64,000 nt of DNA. Origin: Tricharina praecox. Taxonomy: Eukaryota. Below are positions 50,380 to 62,626 of the stretch, piece by piece. The stretch covers positions 62,001 through 126,000 of the forward strand of contig NW_026250406.1 of the NCBI RefSeq assembly GCF_024521635.1, in the 5' to 3' direction. Numbering within the stretch: position 1 is the stretch's first letter; the number at the start of each line of letters is the position of its first letter. The translations under genes were made by a program, and so were the position numbers. Below the pieces are notes generated by a model. It searched no databases and was not told the DNA's origin. It was given only the letters and a program-made list of their open reading frames with translations.

Positions 50380-51780
50380 GGTTCCGAGTCGGTTCGAGTC
50401 GGTTCGAGCTGCGTGTGCGTGTGCGTGTGCGTGTGCGTGTGCGTGTGCGGAAATCCGGGATGGTTCGTCTCGTTCTGCAATGCGGAATCGGGTGGTGAGG
50501 GTGAGGGTGATGGGGAGAAGGTGAAGTGGTGAGGGCGGCGAGGGTGGTGAGGTTAAGGTGGTGAGGAAGGTGGTGATGGGGTATATCGAGGCGGGCATGT
50601 GGTGTCACTCGGTGGGTGGTCTGGACTGCGAGTACGTACTGTACCGTCGGTCTCTCATCCCCCAATCACAGACAGAGCCTAGGCCTCCATCCAGCCGCCC
50701 GTCCACCGTACTCTACAGCAGCCGTTCACTCCACTGTCCAGCAGCTATTCACTCCCCCAACCAAGCACAGATATCATACCTCGAGGACGAAGGAAGGAAG
50801 GAACGAACGCCACCGCCCAAAGCCCCCTGCACGAGTGCGGAGCGAGTGATGGCGAGGTGCTGTGGGCGGATGGATACGCGGCTTTCGGTGCTGTGGGTGG
50901 ACGGGTTGGTTGACAGTGGATGAGCCGGAGGATGGGTGGACGGGTGGACGGGTGGATGGGTGGACGGGTGGGTTGACGGGTTGGTGGGCCGGTTGGTGGA
51001 CGGGTTGGTGGACGGGTTGGTGGACGGGTAAACGAGTGTCAACACCCTCCAGGCTCCAGCGAGGCAGGATGGAGGCGGACGGTGATGGGATGTGATGTGA
51101 TATACTCTATTATACTCTACATACATAGGACGGACGCTCAGATGACCGGGTGCTGCTGTGGATAATACACACCACCATCTACTGTGACTACAGGACCGCG
51201 GTGACTACGATGACTACTATACCTCCGGTTTCTACGAGCCCCGGTACGTGACTACAGACTACGGGGATTACAGGACTACGGGGACTACGGAGGATGAAAT
51301 ACATGCTTCATGCTTCAACTCCGTCCCCATCCCCATCCCGTCCAGTCCCCGTGCCTATCTCTCGTACCCCCGTCCCTATCCCCGCTCTCGTCACCGTCCC
51401 CATCAGTAGTACCTAGCCGTTACCTACTTGGTTAAAGTTCCAGCTTTGGTTTTTGGTTTTTGGTTCCGGTTCCGTCGTCGTCCATCTGGACCTACCTCCC
51501 CGCCCCGCTGTTGTTGCTTCCGGCTGTAGTTAGTTCCAGCTGTCATTGATTCCACCGAAGGCTGGCGGCCGGAGGGGAAACAGTGGGAGCAGGAGCGGAT
51601 GGATGATGGATGATGGGTGATGGGTGATGGATGATGGGTGATGGGTGATGGATGATGGGTGATGGGTGATACCGTATGACCCCTCCTCCGTCACAATGGG
51701 AGCTGCGAGGCAGTATTACGGTACTATCAACTCCACACTCCACACTCCATACTCCACACTCCACGCTCCACACTCGCCAT
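50380..51780. repeat. Cluster of simple repeats: GAGTCGGTT(C), (GCGTGT)n, GACGGGTTGGTG, GATGGATGATGGGT, ACTCCAC
   Basis: Read directly, in the gap between two convergent genes. Confidence 0.8.
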
Positions 51781-53167
51781 GCCTATTTACACTTTGCCAT
51801 CAATTCATAGACGATATCCAATCACATCGTAGACTTCACACCACATCACTTCACTTCATGTCACGTCCATAGACTTCAAACGTCAAACTTCGAAGAGACA
51901 GAGTGTATTTTATCGCACCCAGACCTCCTCCTTCACCAGCACCACTACCACCACCTCCAGCAACACCACCACTCTCACCCACTCATCCACTCTCACGCCC
52001 CTACACACCTCTCCACAACACCCTTCCCTCCCCATCCACCCTCAACCCTCAACCGCAACTCCCTATACACAGAAATGACCGAACCCACGAATCTACCGCC
52101 GCCACCGTCGTCCACCACCACCATCACCGTCCACCGAACCACCCAACTCCAAGCACGTCCATCGTCGAAGACGAAGGAAGCCCAAGACCAAGGGTGGACG
52201 AGAACATGAACGTGAAGGACGATGTTAGCTTTTCGGACAGAGCGACGGAAGTCACCAAAAGAACAAGACAACAAAAACACAGCAAAACAAAACAGTAACA
52301 AGCAATCATAAAGCAGGAAGAGAAGAGAAAGACAGTGGACAAGCACAGAACAAAAAAAAAACCCAAGCAAAGCAAGCAACACCCCCCGCCCAGCACCGCC
52401 CAACACGACAAATAAACCCGCCCCGTCCGTATCCATCCCCCGCCGCCGTCCTGTCCATTCCAATTCCATTTTATATCCGCCACCTCGCCCCTCGCGGCCC
52501 GCACCCCTTCCGGCCCCCGCCCGGCTCCACAAGCAAAAGACTAGGAAAAGGAAAGGAAAGGAAAGAACCGAATATAGTGCAGACACGAAAAAAATGTCCA
52601 AAGCACAAACTCCACACCAAAGCTGTTGCATACCTAAGTTAGAAAACGCAGACACCTGTTTCCCCCCAGCCCGCCCCGCCCCCAACCCGCCCCCCAACCC
52701 GCCCAACCCCACCCCATCTTTCGACTGTTCGCCTTGCCCGTACACCAGACCAAACAAAGAGAAAAATAAAAAAAGCCAGTCAACGAAAAACACAACCACA
52801 CTTTGCAAATCATGACGGAACACAAAGGATGGAGATGAAAAAAGCAGGAAAAGAAAAACACCGTTAACGACCCCCAACCCCACCCACAACCAGTTTTAAA
52901 TAGATGCCTTCGCCGTATGAAGAAACAGAATAAAAGTCTCTTGCCGCCTTTAGGATATCCGTAAACCCCACCCCGACCCATAAGAAATAAGGAGAATAAC
53001 ACCCAACAATTACAAGTCGTGAGGAAAAAAAAAGAGGAAAAGAAAAAAACCAAATTTAAAACAGGCCCCTCCCAGTACACTGCGCCCCATAGAACAGAAT
53101 GAACCCCAAAGCATCAAAAAAAGGAAATCCCTAAACTATAATCACATGAAAATTAGTTGCGAATCGC

Positions 53168-54899
53168 TTAACCCCAAACGCTGGCGACGTTGTTGAGACC
53201 CTTGCTACCAGGTCCCCACACTTTACTCCAGCCCAGGCCGTCGTTGCCCTGAGCGTTGGTGTTGTTGTTGGTGTGCTGCTCGCTGGACGCGGCCGAGGAA
53301 GACCTCTCTTTCGGGAGGTTGTTGAACGGGTCCGACTCAGAGGCGCCAAAGCCGTAGCTGAGAGGAGACGCGAGAGGGGTGGTCGAACGCTTGGCGTTGT
53401 TGAGGGCCTGGTTCTGCGCCTGGGACGACGGACGGGTGCCGATCGGGGCTACCGAGGACGAACCCGGAGCCACGGATCCCCGCTGAGATCGTGGTGGCGA
53501 GCCACCTGGGGAGGACGCGCTCGTACGGTTCGAGAAGCCCTGGACACCTGCGTATGCATTGGCGGATAAGCTGAAACTGCCCTGCATGGATGGCGAACCA
53601 CTGTTCGCGCGAGCGTGGTTGGGAGAAACGGCACCAGCACTCTGACTCCCGTTGGGAGGATGCTCCGAGGCAGGCGTGTGAACTGCAGTAGCATCAACGT
53701 TGCCATCCCGACCATTCTGGGGACCGAAGGGGTAAAAGGTGAGCAGAGGAGACGGACCACGAGTTCCACCAGCATTGGAGGCGGGTGCCGAGGCCCCGTT
53801 CGAGTTGAGGTTCAGGTTGCGAGAACCGTCGTCTAGGTGGTTGTTGCCGTCCTCTGAATGGGCGCCCTCAGAATGAGCACTGTAAAGAGCACGATGTTGA
53901 CGAGCGATAAGATCACGACGATCTTCCTCGCTCATGGCCCCAGGGCTCATGACGCGGTCCTTACCGAAAGAATTGATCTCGGCCAAGACAGCTAGAGGAC
54001 CGGTATGAGCGGGGTCCCGTTTAACGAGCACAGGATTGGAAGACGCACTCCTGTTATACTGCTGCTCCTGATGGTAGTTGCGCAGTTCGCGCTCGCGCTG
54101 AGCCGCGGCCCTCCTCTTAGCCTGCACGATGGGCTCGGGCTCCGCCGCTTGAGGCTGCTGGGGCACCGCCGGACGGGGTTGGAACCGCTGGGTCGCATAG
54201 AAGTTCTGCAGATTAGCAGCAGAGGGCGATCTGATTGCTTCAAAGTCCGGAACAGAATAGTGACGGACCGGCATCTGCCCAAGGACTCGCTGGTCTGCAG
54301 CTACTTCGTCAGCAAGACAAAGAAAGGACGACGGATTTCTTTCTTTCCGCCGGAAGGAGGGGGTTGTAACACACCATGCTGCTCGACGGGGAATCGAGGG
54401 ACAGCCCCGGGCATCATCGGCATCGAGTCCCGACGCGGAGGATTGAACATCTTACCACTCTTGACGAGGTTGTCAACAGCACGGTCAACCTCTGCAAAAA
54501 AAAATCGAACCGAGTTAGCCTTCGACGACCATGTACACACACACATCGAGTACGACTCGTGTTTCAGCTCCGAGACTGTGTTCTTTTCTTTTTTCTTCTT
54601 TCTTTTTTTTCTTTTTTCTTTCTCCTTCATCTTTTTTTTCATCTTTTCTTGTTTCCTTCCTTCCATCCATCGGAATCTGAGTAGAGAAAAGTCGTACCAT
54701 CAAGCTGAGATCCGAAAGCGGATGGATCCTCGGGCTTCATCTGAGCGGTGAACCGAGTAGTGAGGTCGGCCGACGGCCCTTGGATGTCCTTCGAGTATGC
54801 TGTAGCATGCGAAGGAGTGGACGGGCCCGAGCGGGGGTCCCAGCCGGGACGAGGGTTCTGCTGCCAGGAGGCAGGTGATTGAGGCTCGTAGTAAGACAT
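53168..54899 (-). CDS. Conserved fungal low-complexity protein of unknown function
   Basis: MSYYEPQ...AFGSQLD|EVDRAVDNLVKSGKMF...NLQNFYATQRFQPR...QAKRRAAAQRERELRNYHQEQQYNR...MSEEDRRDLIARQHRALY...VAPIGTRP...ASVWG*. Introns 54492-54697, about 54301-54374 and 53992-54048. Confidence 0.85.
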
Positions 54900-55098
54900 T
54901 GTCAACGGATTGGCAGATGCGGCGACGTGGAGAAGTGGAGTCTTTGTGGGGTCGTGGTGCGGCGGAAAGGGTGGTTGATATTATTAAGGGTCGAAAAGAG
55001 CCCTGGCCCGTAGCGTTGAAAGGAAGTGCAGAGCAGCGGTAGAGAAGATGGAGAGGGATCTGACGGAGGTGGTGGTGGTGGAGGTGGAGGTGGTGGTG

Positions 55099-55833
55099 CT
55101 GCAGAGTGGCGGGAACAGGAACAGCGTCAGCAAGCGGTAACCCTACTTTTACTTGTTTTTCGCGGCGAGAGCAAGGGAGGTAGGTAGGTAGGCGTGAGGT
55201 AATCGATCCGGGGGGTAGGTCGATGTGGGGTTTTTTTTTCACCAGCCACGACGGGGGCGGGAAGGAAGCGTACAGGACGGAGAAGAAGCGGACAGAGCCG
55301 AGGATAGCCTCAAGGGGGGAAGGATGGGGCCAACAACCGGTGAGCGGTGGTTATTCGCTCAAAGAAAGAGGCTGAAGGGGATCGAGAGAGTGGGGAGGGG
55401 ATGGCTTCCACGAGAAATATTTCAGAGAGGGGGGTATTGTAAGATGGGTAGACGTAGTCAAGGGCAAGCAGGGCAGGACAGAGCAGCCAATGGCAGGGAG
55501 ACGTTTGAGGTTGTTGCCGCCGATGCTCCTTTCTCTGCAGAGAGGCTGATCAAAGGTGGGTTGTATCGGCGGGAGGCGCAGGCCGGACAGGCAGGCAGGT
55601 GGGTATGTGGGTATGTGGGTATGTGGGTATGTGGTGGTATGTGGTGGTATGTGGTGGTATGTGGTGGTATGTGGTATATGGTAGACAATACAATATATGA
55701 CAACGACAATCTTGAATTCGGTCCGTTGAGGGGGGGCGGTGTGATCTCGAATGGGGGGTGGAGGGAAATGCAATGGAGGGTGTGTGGGCCGATGCGACGC
55801 AAAACCAGAAGAATTCGAAACTGATTGACTTAC
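55099..55833 (-). other. Probable 735-nt 5'-UTR intron of the 53168-54899 gene
   Basis: Minus strand: donor GTAAGT at 55833, branch GCTGAC near 55127, acceptor CTGCAG ending at 55099. Confidence 0.55.
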
Positions 55834-56340
55834 CGGGACGCAGAGACACAGTCCACTGGCGGACGGGCAGAAAACGGGGGTGAAAGGGAAGAAGATGGTC
55901 GTTCGCTTTGACGATTCCAACGGGCGTCGAGGGTGGTGAATAGGGGAGAGGAGGAGGAGAGTTTGAGAAGAGAACAGTAACTATGGCGTAACAAGGGGAG
56001 GGCGGGAAATATCGGCACGCAACGTCGACTAGTAGAACCGAGGACGACCTATGTATGGGTGTGATGAATGCGAATTGGCAGCGCGCAAGTACTCTGCGAA
56101 GGTATGTACTTGAGTGGGGAGGGGAGGGGGAGAAAGAAGGAAGAGAATTCAAAGATCAGTCAAAAGGCGAGAGCAAGCACGAGTAAGGACGAGTAAGTAA
56201 GCAGTCGCGCAAGCAAGCAGGCGAGCAGGCAAGCAAGCAGCGGTAGTACTATCGAGTAGTTACCACAGCGTCCGATAGATGGATGATATGATGGCCGGGA
56301 TTGGGCAGGCTAGAAGAGGAAGGGGTGGGTGTGTGTGTGT

Positions 56341-56394
<54 letters not shown>
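56341..56394. repeat. G54 homopolymer
   Basis: Counted directly. Confidence 0.95.
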
Positions 56395-56395
<1 letters not shown>

Positions 56396-59300
56396 GAAGT
56401 GGAGAGGTGGAGGTGGCCGTTGGGTTAGCTGTGGTACGGTAGTCGAGAGGTGGAGATGTTGGATGGACGGTGAATGGATGAAAAGCTTCAGGGACTGACC
56501 ACGCCCACGAGGATGGAGGAAAAGAAAGAAGAAGAAAACGGGTTTACAGGAGCAGCCACAGTAACAGAAAATTAACAGAACAGCAACGGCAACAGCACGC
56601 AGCATTCAGTTCGGGACGGTAGCTATCCACTCTGGGCTGCTCACGACGGGCTCGACTACCTAGAGTAGTTCTAGTAGGTAACAGCTACCTGGACCTCAGG
56701 TCTTCCGTTCTGCACACTCAACTCAACTCTACTCAACTCCTCCACCGACCACGGTACTCCACACAGCGAAGTAGTTATGTACAGCACTGCAAACCGCGGA
56801 CAGCACGGGGGAGGAAGGGAGAGAGCAGGGAACCAGTGGCATGGCATGGCAAGTCGTTGGTGTGCTGGTACTGACCCGGCGCTGGGAAAGGCAACCAGAA
56901 TCCTCGGCCCACTGGATGGCGGTGAGCTAATGCGCGCTTCCCTTCCACCTTGGGAAGACAGCGTGCGGAAACGGGCAAGACACCACCGCATCCCACGCCC
57001 CAGCAACATGGTTACATATTTACGCATGTATCGAGCGTGAATTATCGAATCCGTCGGTCGGGTTATCGGGCTGTCGGTCGGGATACATCATAATCTTCGA
57101 GGGCTCGAGGGCGGAGAAACACGTTTACCGGACGCGAGAGTCCTCGGACCGGATCTACATACCGTACAGACATACATGGCAGCCGTTTTCTTGCACGACG
57201 ACGGCGACGCGGACACGACAGGGACGGGAAGTGGCTACGGGCATGACACGGTATGATCCAACCAGCTACTAGTATCATTGGTACTCCCGATAGTGGGAAC
57301 AGCAGTCTCGCCGAGCATCTCGAAGAAGCAGCACACAGCAGCAGCAGTCTCGCCGAGCATACCGAACATCTCGAAGAACCGGAAGGGATTCGACAACGAG
57401 ACGGCGACGACGAACGAGATGAATCAAACATCTGCAGTCACATGCGTGAATACAGATGAGATGGTACAGCAGTACTGTATATGTAGTATCATAGTGGAGG
57501 TGCTATACACACCATATACCACGTACCGAACTCTGGATGGGGGCCAGCTATAGATAAGTCAGCGGTTAGCGTAGCGGAGTCTGGAGACGGATTCTCGAGA
57601 CGGCATCGCCGAAGTGAATGCCGTGGTCCCTCGAGAGCCGGCCTCCGTCCGTTACGTTTAAACGCAGAGGAAGGAAACCGATGAAACCGATGTTCGTATT
57701 GACCGCAGAGCAAAGGAACGACGAAACTAATACATATTCGTATTGCACATAAATACCTCGTCCGTCCGCACGGGGTACCGTAGATATGTACTCTGCCTAC
57801 GTGTGTCGTGTGTCGATACGCGCGTGAATATACCTAGGGGACCTCAGTCCGCCGGGCTGGCTAACACGGAGTCGGGATGGGCAGATCGCTAGAGCAACTA
57901 ACTTTCAACGAGCATGTGTCCTCACGACTCGACTCGACTTCCGTTCGGGAAGCTGCATCCACCACTACCAACGACGATGACGATGTGCATATCCGCTTCC
58001 GCTCCCTAGGAGGAGATGAAATATATCTGTTCACGTCCATAAATATCGCAGTGGCTTTCATCTCTTGTTCTTGTTACTTCTCTTCTCTCACCGCCCACAA
58101 TCTTCTCCACCGCCACCACCACCACCACCAAGAGCACGAACAGCGTGGCCATCACTTCTGAAAGCGTGAATATTGAACAACGCAACCGTCCGATTTTTTC
58201 AAGGTTTTCCGAATCCCGTCCGGAATCCCCGCTAGAGTGGTTAACTTAGAGTCTTGGCTGGTCGACAGCGGTGGTCGACAGCAGTGGTGCACGGTCCCAT
58301 ACCTGCCATGGTCCATACAGAAGTCCGAAGACTGCTGTTCGTTGTCCTGCCGATACCAGTAGTCACGTAGAAGTGGAGAGAAAGAGTGACCGTATGATAG
58401 CTATTTTCACGGGGCCTTCTATCCGAATCCCAGCCGTCTTCGGACGCTGACTCCAACGACGACGAAGGCCCACTTTTTTTTGGTGCCCACGTCCTCGTCC
58501 GTCTGATGCAGGGCGCGGTCGTCGGTGGCAGGTGCATATGGATGTGGAGGGAAGGCGCGGGAAATGATTACCCGTGTTAGTAGAGTACATATGCTATGTA
58601 GCTGCGTGTCTGCGGCGTCAATCACAGCCGCCCCTTCATCCCGCAGGATCGAGATTCGGAGAGATATGTACCGGTGCCGGTAGAATGCAGTACCGGTGTT
58701 CTCGGCACCAGCCGGCCGGCCAAGGACGAGTGCAGAGTGCCGAGTGCTGGATGAGAAGTTGAGAAACCTCGAAAGAATCACGGACGGACCATGGGAGAGC
58801 CCGGAGGAGAGTATTGCAGGGGAGCCTTCCAGCCATGACGCCATGAGATATATGGGTGGGTGTTTCTTGAGATCGAACGGGGTGGGCTGGGGTGGACGTT
58901 TATCACTATGGGTATTCCCCAGGAATTGAAATGAAGGGAAGGGGATGGGGATGGGGAAGCCTCAGGAATGGGAAGGGATGGGGATGGGGAAGGCGCCCAG
59001 GGACGTCTGCTGACGTCCATATCGTACCGTATCGTACCGTATCTACCTATCTCGGAAACTTGCCACGTCTCCCCGCCCCCATCGAAGCCGGCGTCGAGCG
59101 CGCTTCGGGGGAGCATGGAGGACCTGCCTACCATGTACCGGTAGAGTACTCTAGTAGTATTCCAGTCCGAGCAAACGGCGAGAAGGCGAACCACCAGAAC
59201 GGTTCATCCGGTGGTTCATCCGGTCCTTGTGCGCACCACCGAGGGTCGGTTTTGCTTTTTTTGGCGGGCGGGGACGGCGCGCGGCCACGTGTGGCGGGGA

Positions 59301-61421
59301 TTGAGCGGCATGGGCTGGTGTATATACTGCAGAGTAGTGGTGATATTTCGTGGATTTGATGATGCCAGACTCCAGCACCGTTGCCCACTATATCATGATG
59401 AATTTCCCCCGGACCCGCAAGCACCACCGACACCGATACCGTACGGTATCTACGTAAGTACGGTAAGTACCTCCCATGTTCACCATCAACAAGGGTCAAG
59501 ACAGCCCCACATCTCAACCACGATTCCCGCCCGCCCGCCTCGCCGCCCGTCTGGCTTCGGGTCCGCAGTGTCCGCGTACTTATCTGCGTACGTGGTTTCG
59601 TGCTCCGTGGTTTTGTGCTCCGTGTTGTGGTGCACAGGCCCCCCCCCCCTCTATCTGGCGGCCGGCAGATCATGTACGGTACATACAGTACCTACTGCAA
59701 TTTTGCGGATTTGCGATAGATACAGTTGGCAGGTGCAGCCCTGTCATCTCCCGTAGGCACATACATACCGTACATACCGTACCTAGTTCCTGGAATCGTG
59801 GGCGTGAGCGTTTTGTATGCATGTATCTATCGAAAACGCTATGGTTAGTACAGAGTACCTACTAGAGAGATGCGAGATTTGCTTCTCCAACAGACTGTAG
59901 AGCGTGGATTACCTACGTAGGTACTATAGGCAAGTTACAGGTGAGTACATAGCCTGCATGGAAGAAATGGACTGTATATATACAGGGTATCACTCGTTGG
60001 GTGAATCCGAGTCTGGTGGATACGAGTCTGTGGCCGCGGTTCATCACTCGTCTGGTGAATGTGCCGGTTTATCACTCATATCTGTGTCGCACGCAACCAA
60101 CGATCAAACCAAAAAAACCAAAAAAACTCGTATATTTGTGTTTCGTACTGGCACAGCTTCCCTACCTGAGCGTCTACAGAGCTTTTCCAGCCATCGTGAG
60201 CCTTCAGCATGTACGCTGTTTACTGTCTGTATGTACATAATATCCTCTTTTCCACAGCACCTTCCACAGCACCTGGTTCAGGATCTGGTTCTAGTTCATG
60301 AAGTATCACTCGCTCGAAACCGAGCCGAGGCAGCCGTTTGGACTAGTACGACCTGTTTCCCGAGGATCTGTTTCCCGAGGATCTGTTTCCCGAGGATATG
60401 GATAGTTGGGCGGGACTGGGTGTGGCTGGGTCAACACCACAGGCACTGGCTTTCGTATGTATGTATGCACCGGAGTGCATGGGGAGGTGCTGGGTATTCT
60501 AGGTAGCAGAGTCGGCTCCGAGGGACAGTGCGGATCGATGTGCGCCGTTGCGATCATAGACCGAGCGTATGTAGATCTTTGGCGATTGTGTCGTATTCGG
60601 TGTTTGGGACGATCATAGCCATATACTGTATACTAGGTAGTAGCTCAAGGGTGGGTAAACACTGTACATTGTGGTAGTGCTACCTACATCATCGTGAAGA
60701 AAATGGCAGTGACTTGTGTCCGGACGGCGGATGCGATGTCAATATCAATGTAGATATCAATATCAACATCCGTCCAGTGGGTTTTGTTATGTTCCCCATA
60801 TGAACTACTCCATCCACCCTCGATCCGCCGAGCGAGCGAGAGACTCCAGACTCAGTTCTCTCTCCCGAGTCCCAATGCAGTTCGCAATCAATAAGATTTT
60901 ATTCATGAAAATCCCCCCAGATTCTCGCCAATGCACCCCGCCGTCACTCTGCTCTATTCTGCTCTATATACTCTACTCTATGTACTCCACTCTACTACTA
61001 GGTATACGTAGACCTCACAGTCCCGATTGACGCTGACGCACGACGCCTGCAGGATATACGGTAGTATTGGGTGGTAGTGGACATCCATCTATCTATCCAT
61101 CCAAGAGTCTTCACCCGCGCCACAGCCTCGGGATCATGCTTAGGTACCGGTACCGGTACATATGCATACCTACCTACATACGCAAGTAGGTATGTAGCAA
61201 CCCGCCCGTTCACCTCCTCGCCAATCCGCAGCCCGGACTTCCCCACGGTACTCGAATCTGCTCCATACATATACCTGTAGAGTACCTGTACTTGTACCTG
61301 TACTAGTGCTAGCGACACAGACTGCTTGCCAATCCGCGGAGTGCGGGGGCGGGTTGATCGAGTGACCGAGTGATTATCCTGCAAGACTCTTCCGTCCTCT
61401 TCCCTCTTACTCCTACATACC

Positions 61422-61529
61422 TCTGCTGTTGCACGCATCTGCTGTTGCACGCATCTGCTATTGTACGCATCTGCTATTGTACGCATCTGCTATTGTACGC
61501 ATCTGCTATTGTACGCATCTGCTATTGCA
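61422..61529. repeat. 6 x 16-bp tandem repeat TCTGCTRTTGYACGCA plus a partial unit
   Basis: Units at 61422, 61438, 61454, 61470, 61486, 61502 and a partial at 61518. Confidence 0.92.
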
Positions 61530-62111
61530 AAATACACGCCTCTGCTGTACATATCCCATTGCACTCCGGGCCCAGCCTGGCCTTGCTTGGACCGGTCGGC
61601 CGTGGCTAGTAATGTAAGGGAGAGGCAGGTATACACTTCCAGAATCCACCTGCGATCTCCCCAGGCCCCCGGGTGCACAATGCAAACTACACACACGCTT
61701 CCAGAATTCTCATGCCACGACACCACGAGACGGCGCGTGGCTGCGGGTTGCGGGAAGCATGTGCTCGTGCTCGTGGTGGTAGGTACAAACAGTATCATCG
61801 AGAATCGAGTCCTCCCCGTCAATGGTCAAGTAGATCAAATCAGCGATATCATATCATACAATCGTACCCGTACACGTACAAGACAGCACAACCCGACAAT
61901 CCAGCGCGCGCGTGCTGAAAGTGCAAACATACATACATCCATCCAACCATCCGCCACAATATCAACATTAACATAACACGGCCCACCACATCATCAGATC
62001 ATCCATCATCACGTCATGACTCATTAGATACTCACCCAATTCCCCCCTCCTCCTCCCCCATCTCCTCCTCCTCCTTTTGACATGCCATCCCATTGCCGCA
62101 TCACCGGCTGC

Positions 62112-62626
62112 TTAGAAAATCCCCAAAAACCTCCCCTTATCGTCCTGATCCGGATGTGCCTCGACGACCTCGATGACCTCAGCCTCAGACGGACTCGGCT
62201 CCTCCGCGTCAACGACGCGGATATGGTCTGCGTCGGGGCTGCCCGAACCCCTTCCGTAGCCGCCGGGATACGACGGGCCCGAAACCCGCTCCTGCATTCA
62301 TTCCATCAGCACTCACATCTACGAATATCTTCGGGGAATGGGAGGGGGGAAAGGCATACCACAACGCGCTCTGTCACCCTCCGCCGCCCGTCGGGGCCCT
62401 TTTCAAGATCGGTCGAGGAATCGCTGCTACTGGTGTAATCGCTGCCGTCGCCGCGCCCGCCAGCACCGCCGCCACCGCCCCCGCCGCTACCAGACCCACG
62501 GCCCCGTCCCCCGAACCCGAGGAAGTTCGGTCGGTGGCAGTACATGCATGTGCAGAGGACTACCGCGCAGATCACTAAAGCCGAGAAGAAGATCGGGAGG
62601 AAGACAGCGATTTGCGGTTTAGTCAT
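62112..62626 (-). CDS. Small single-pass membrane protein (N-terminal TM helix, Cys cluster, Gly-rich/acidic tail)
   Basis: MTKPQIAVFLPIFFSALVICAVVLCTCMYCHRP...RVTERVV, intron GTATGC..GCTGAT..CAG, then ERVSGPSYPGGYG...KGRFLGIF*. Confidence 0.7.

Noticed and set aside
51993..53080. Hydrophobic minus-strand ORFs (298 aa, 148 aa)
   Set aside because: They are T/G-rich 3'-UTR-type sequence of the upstream gene, which lacks stops by composition.
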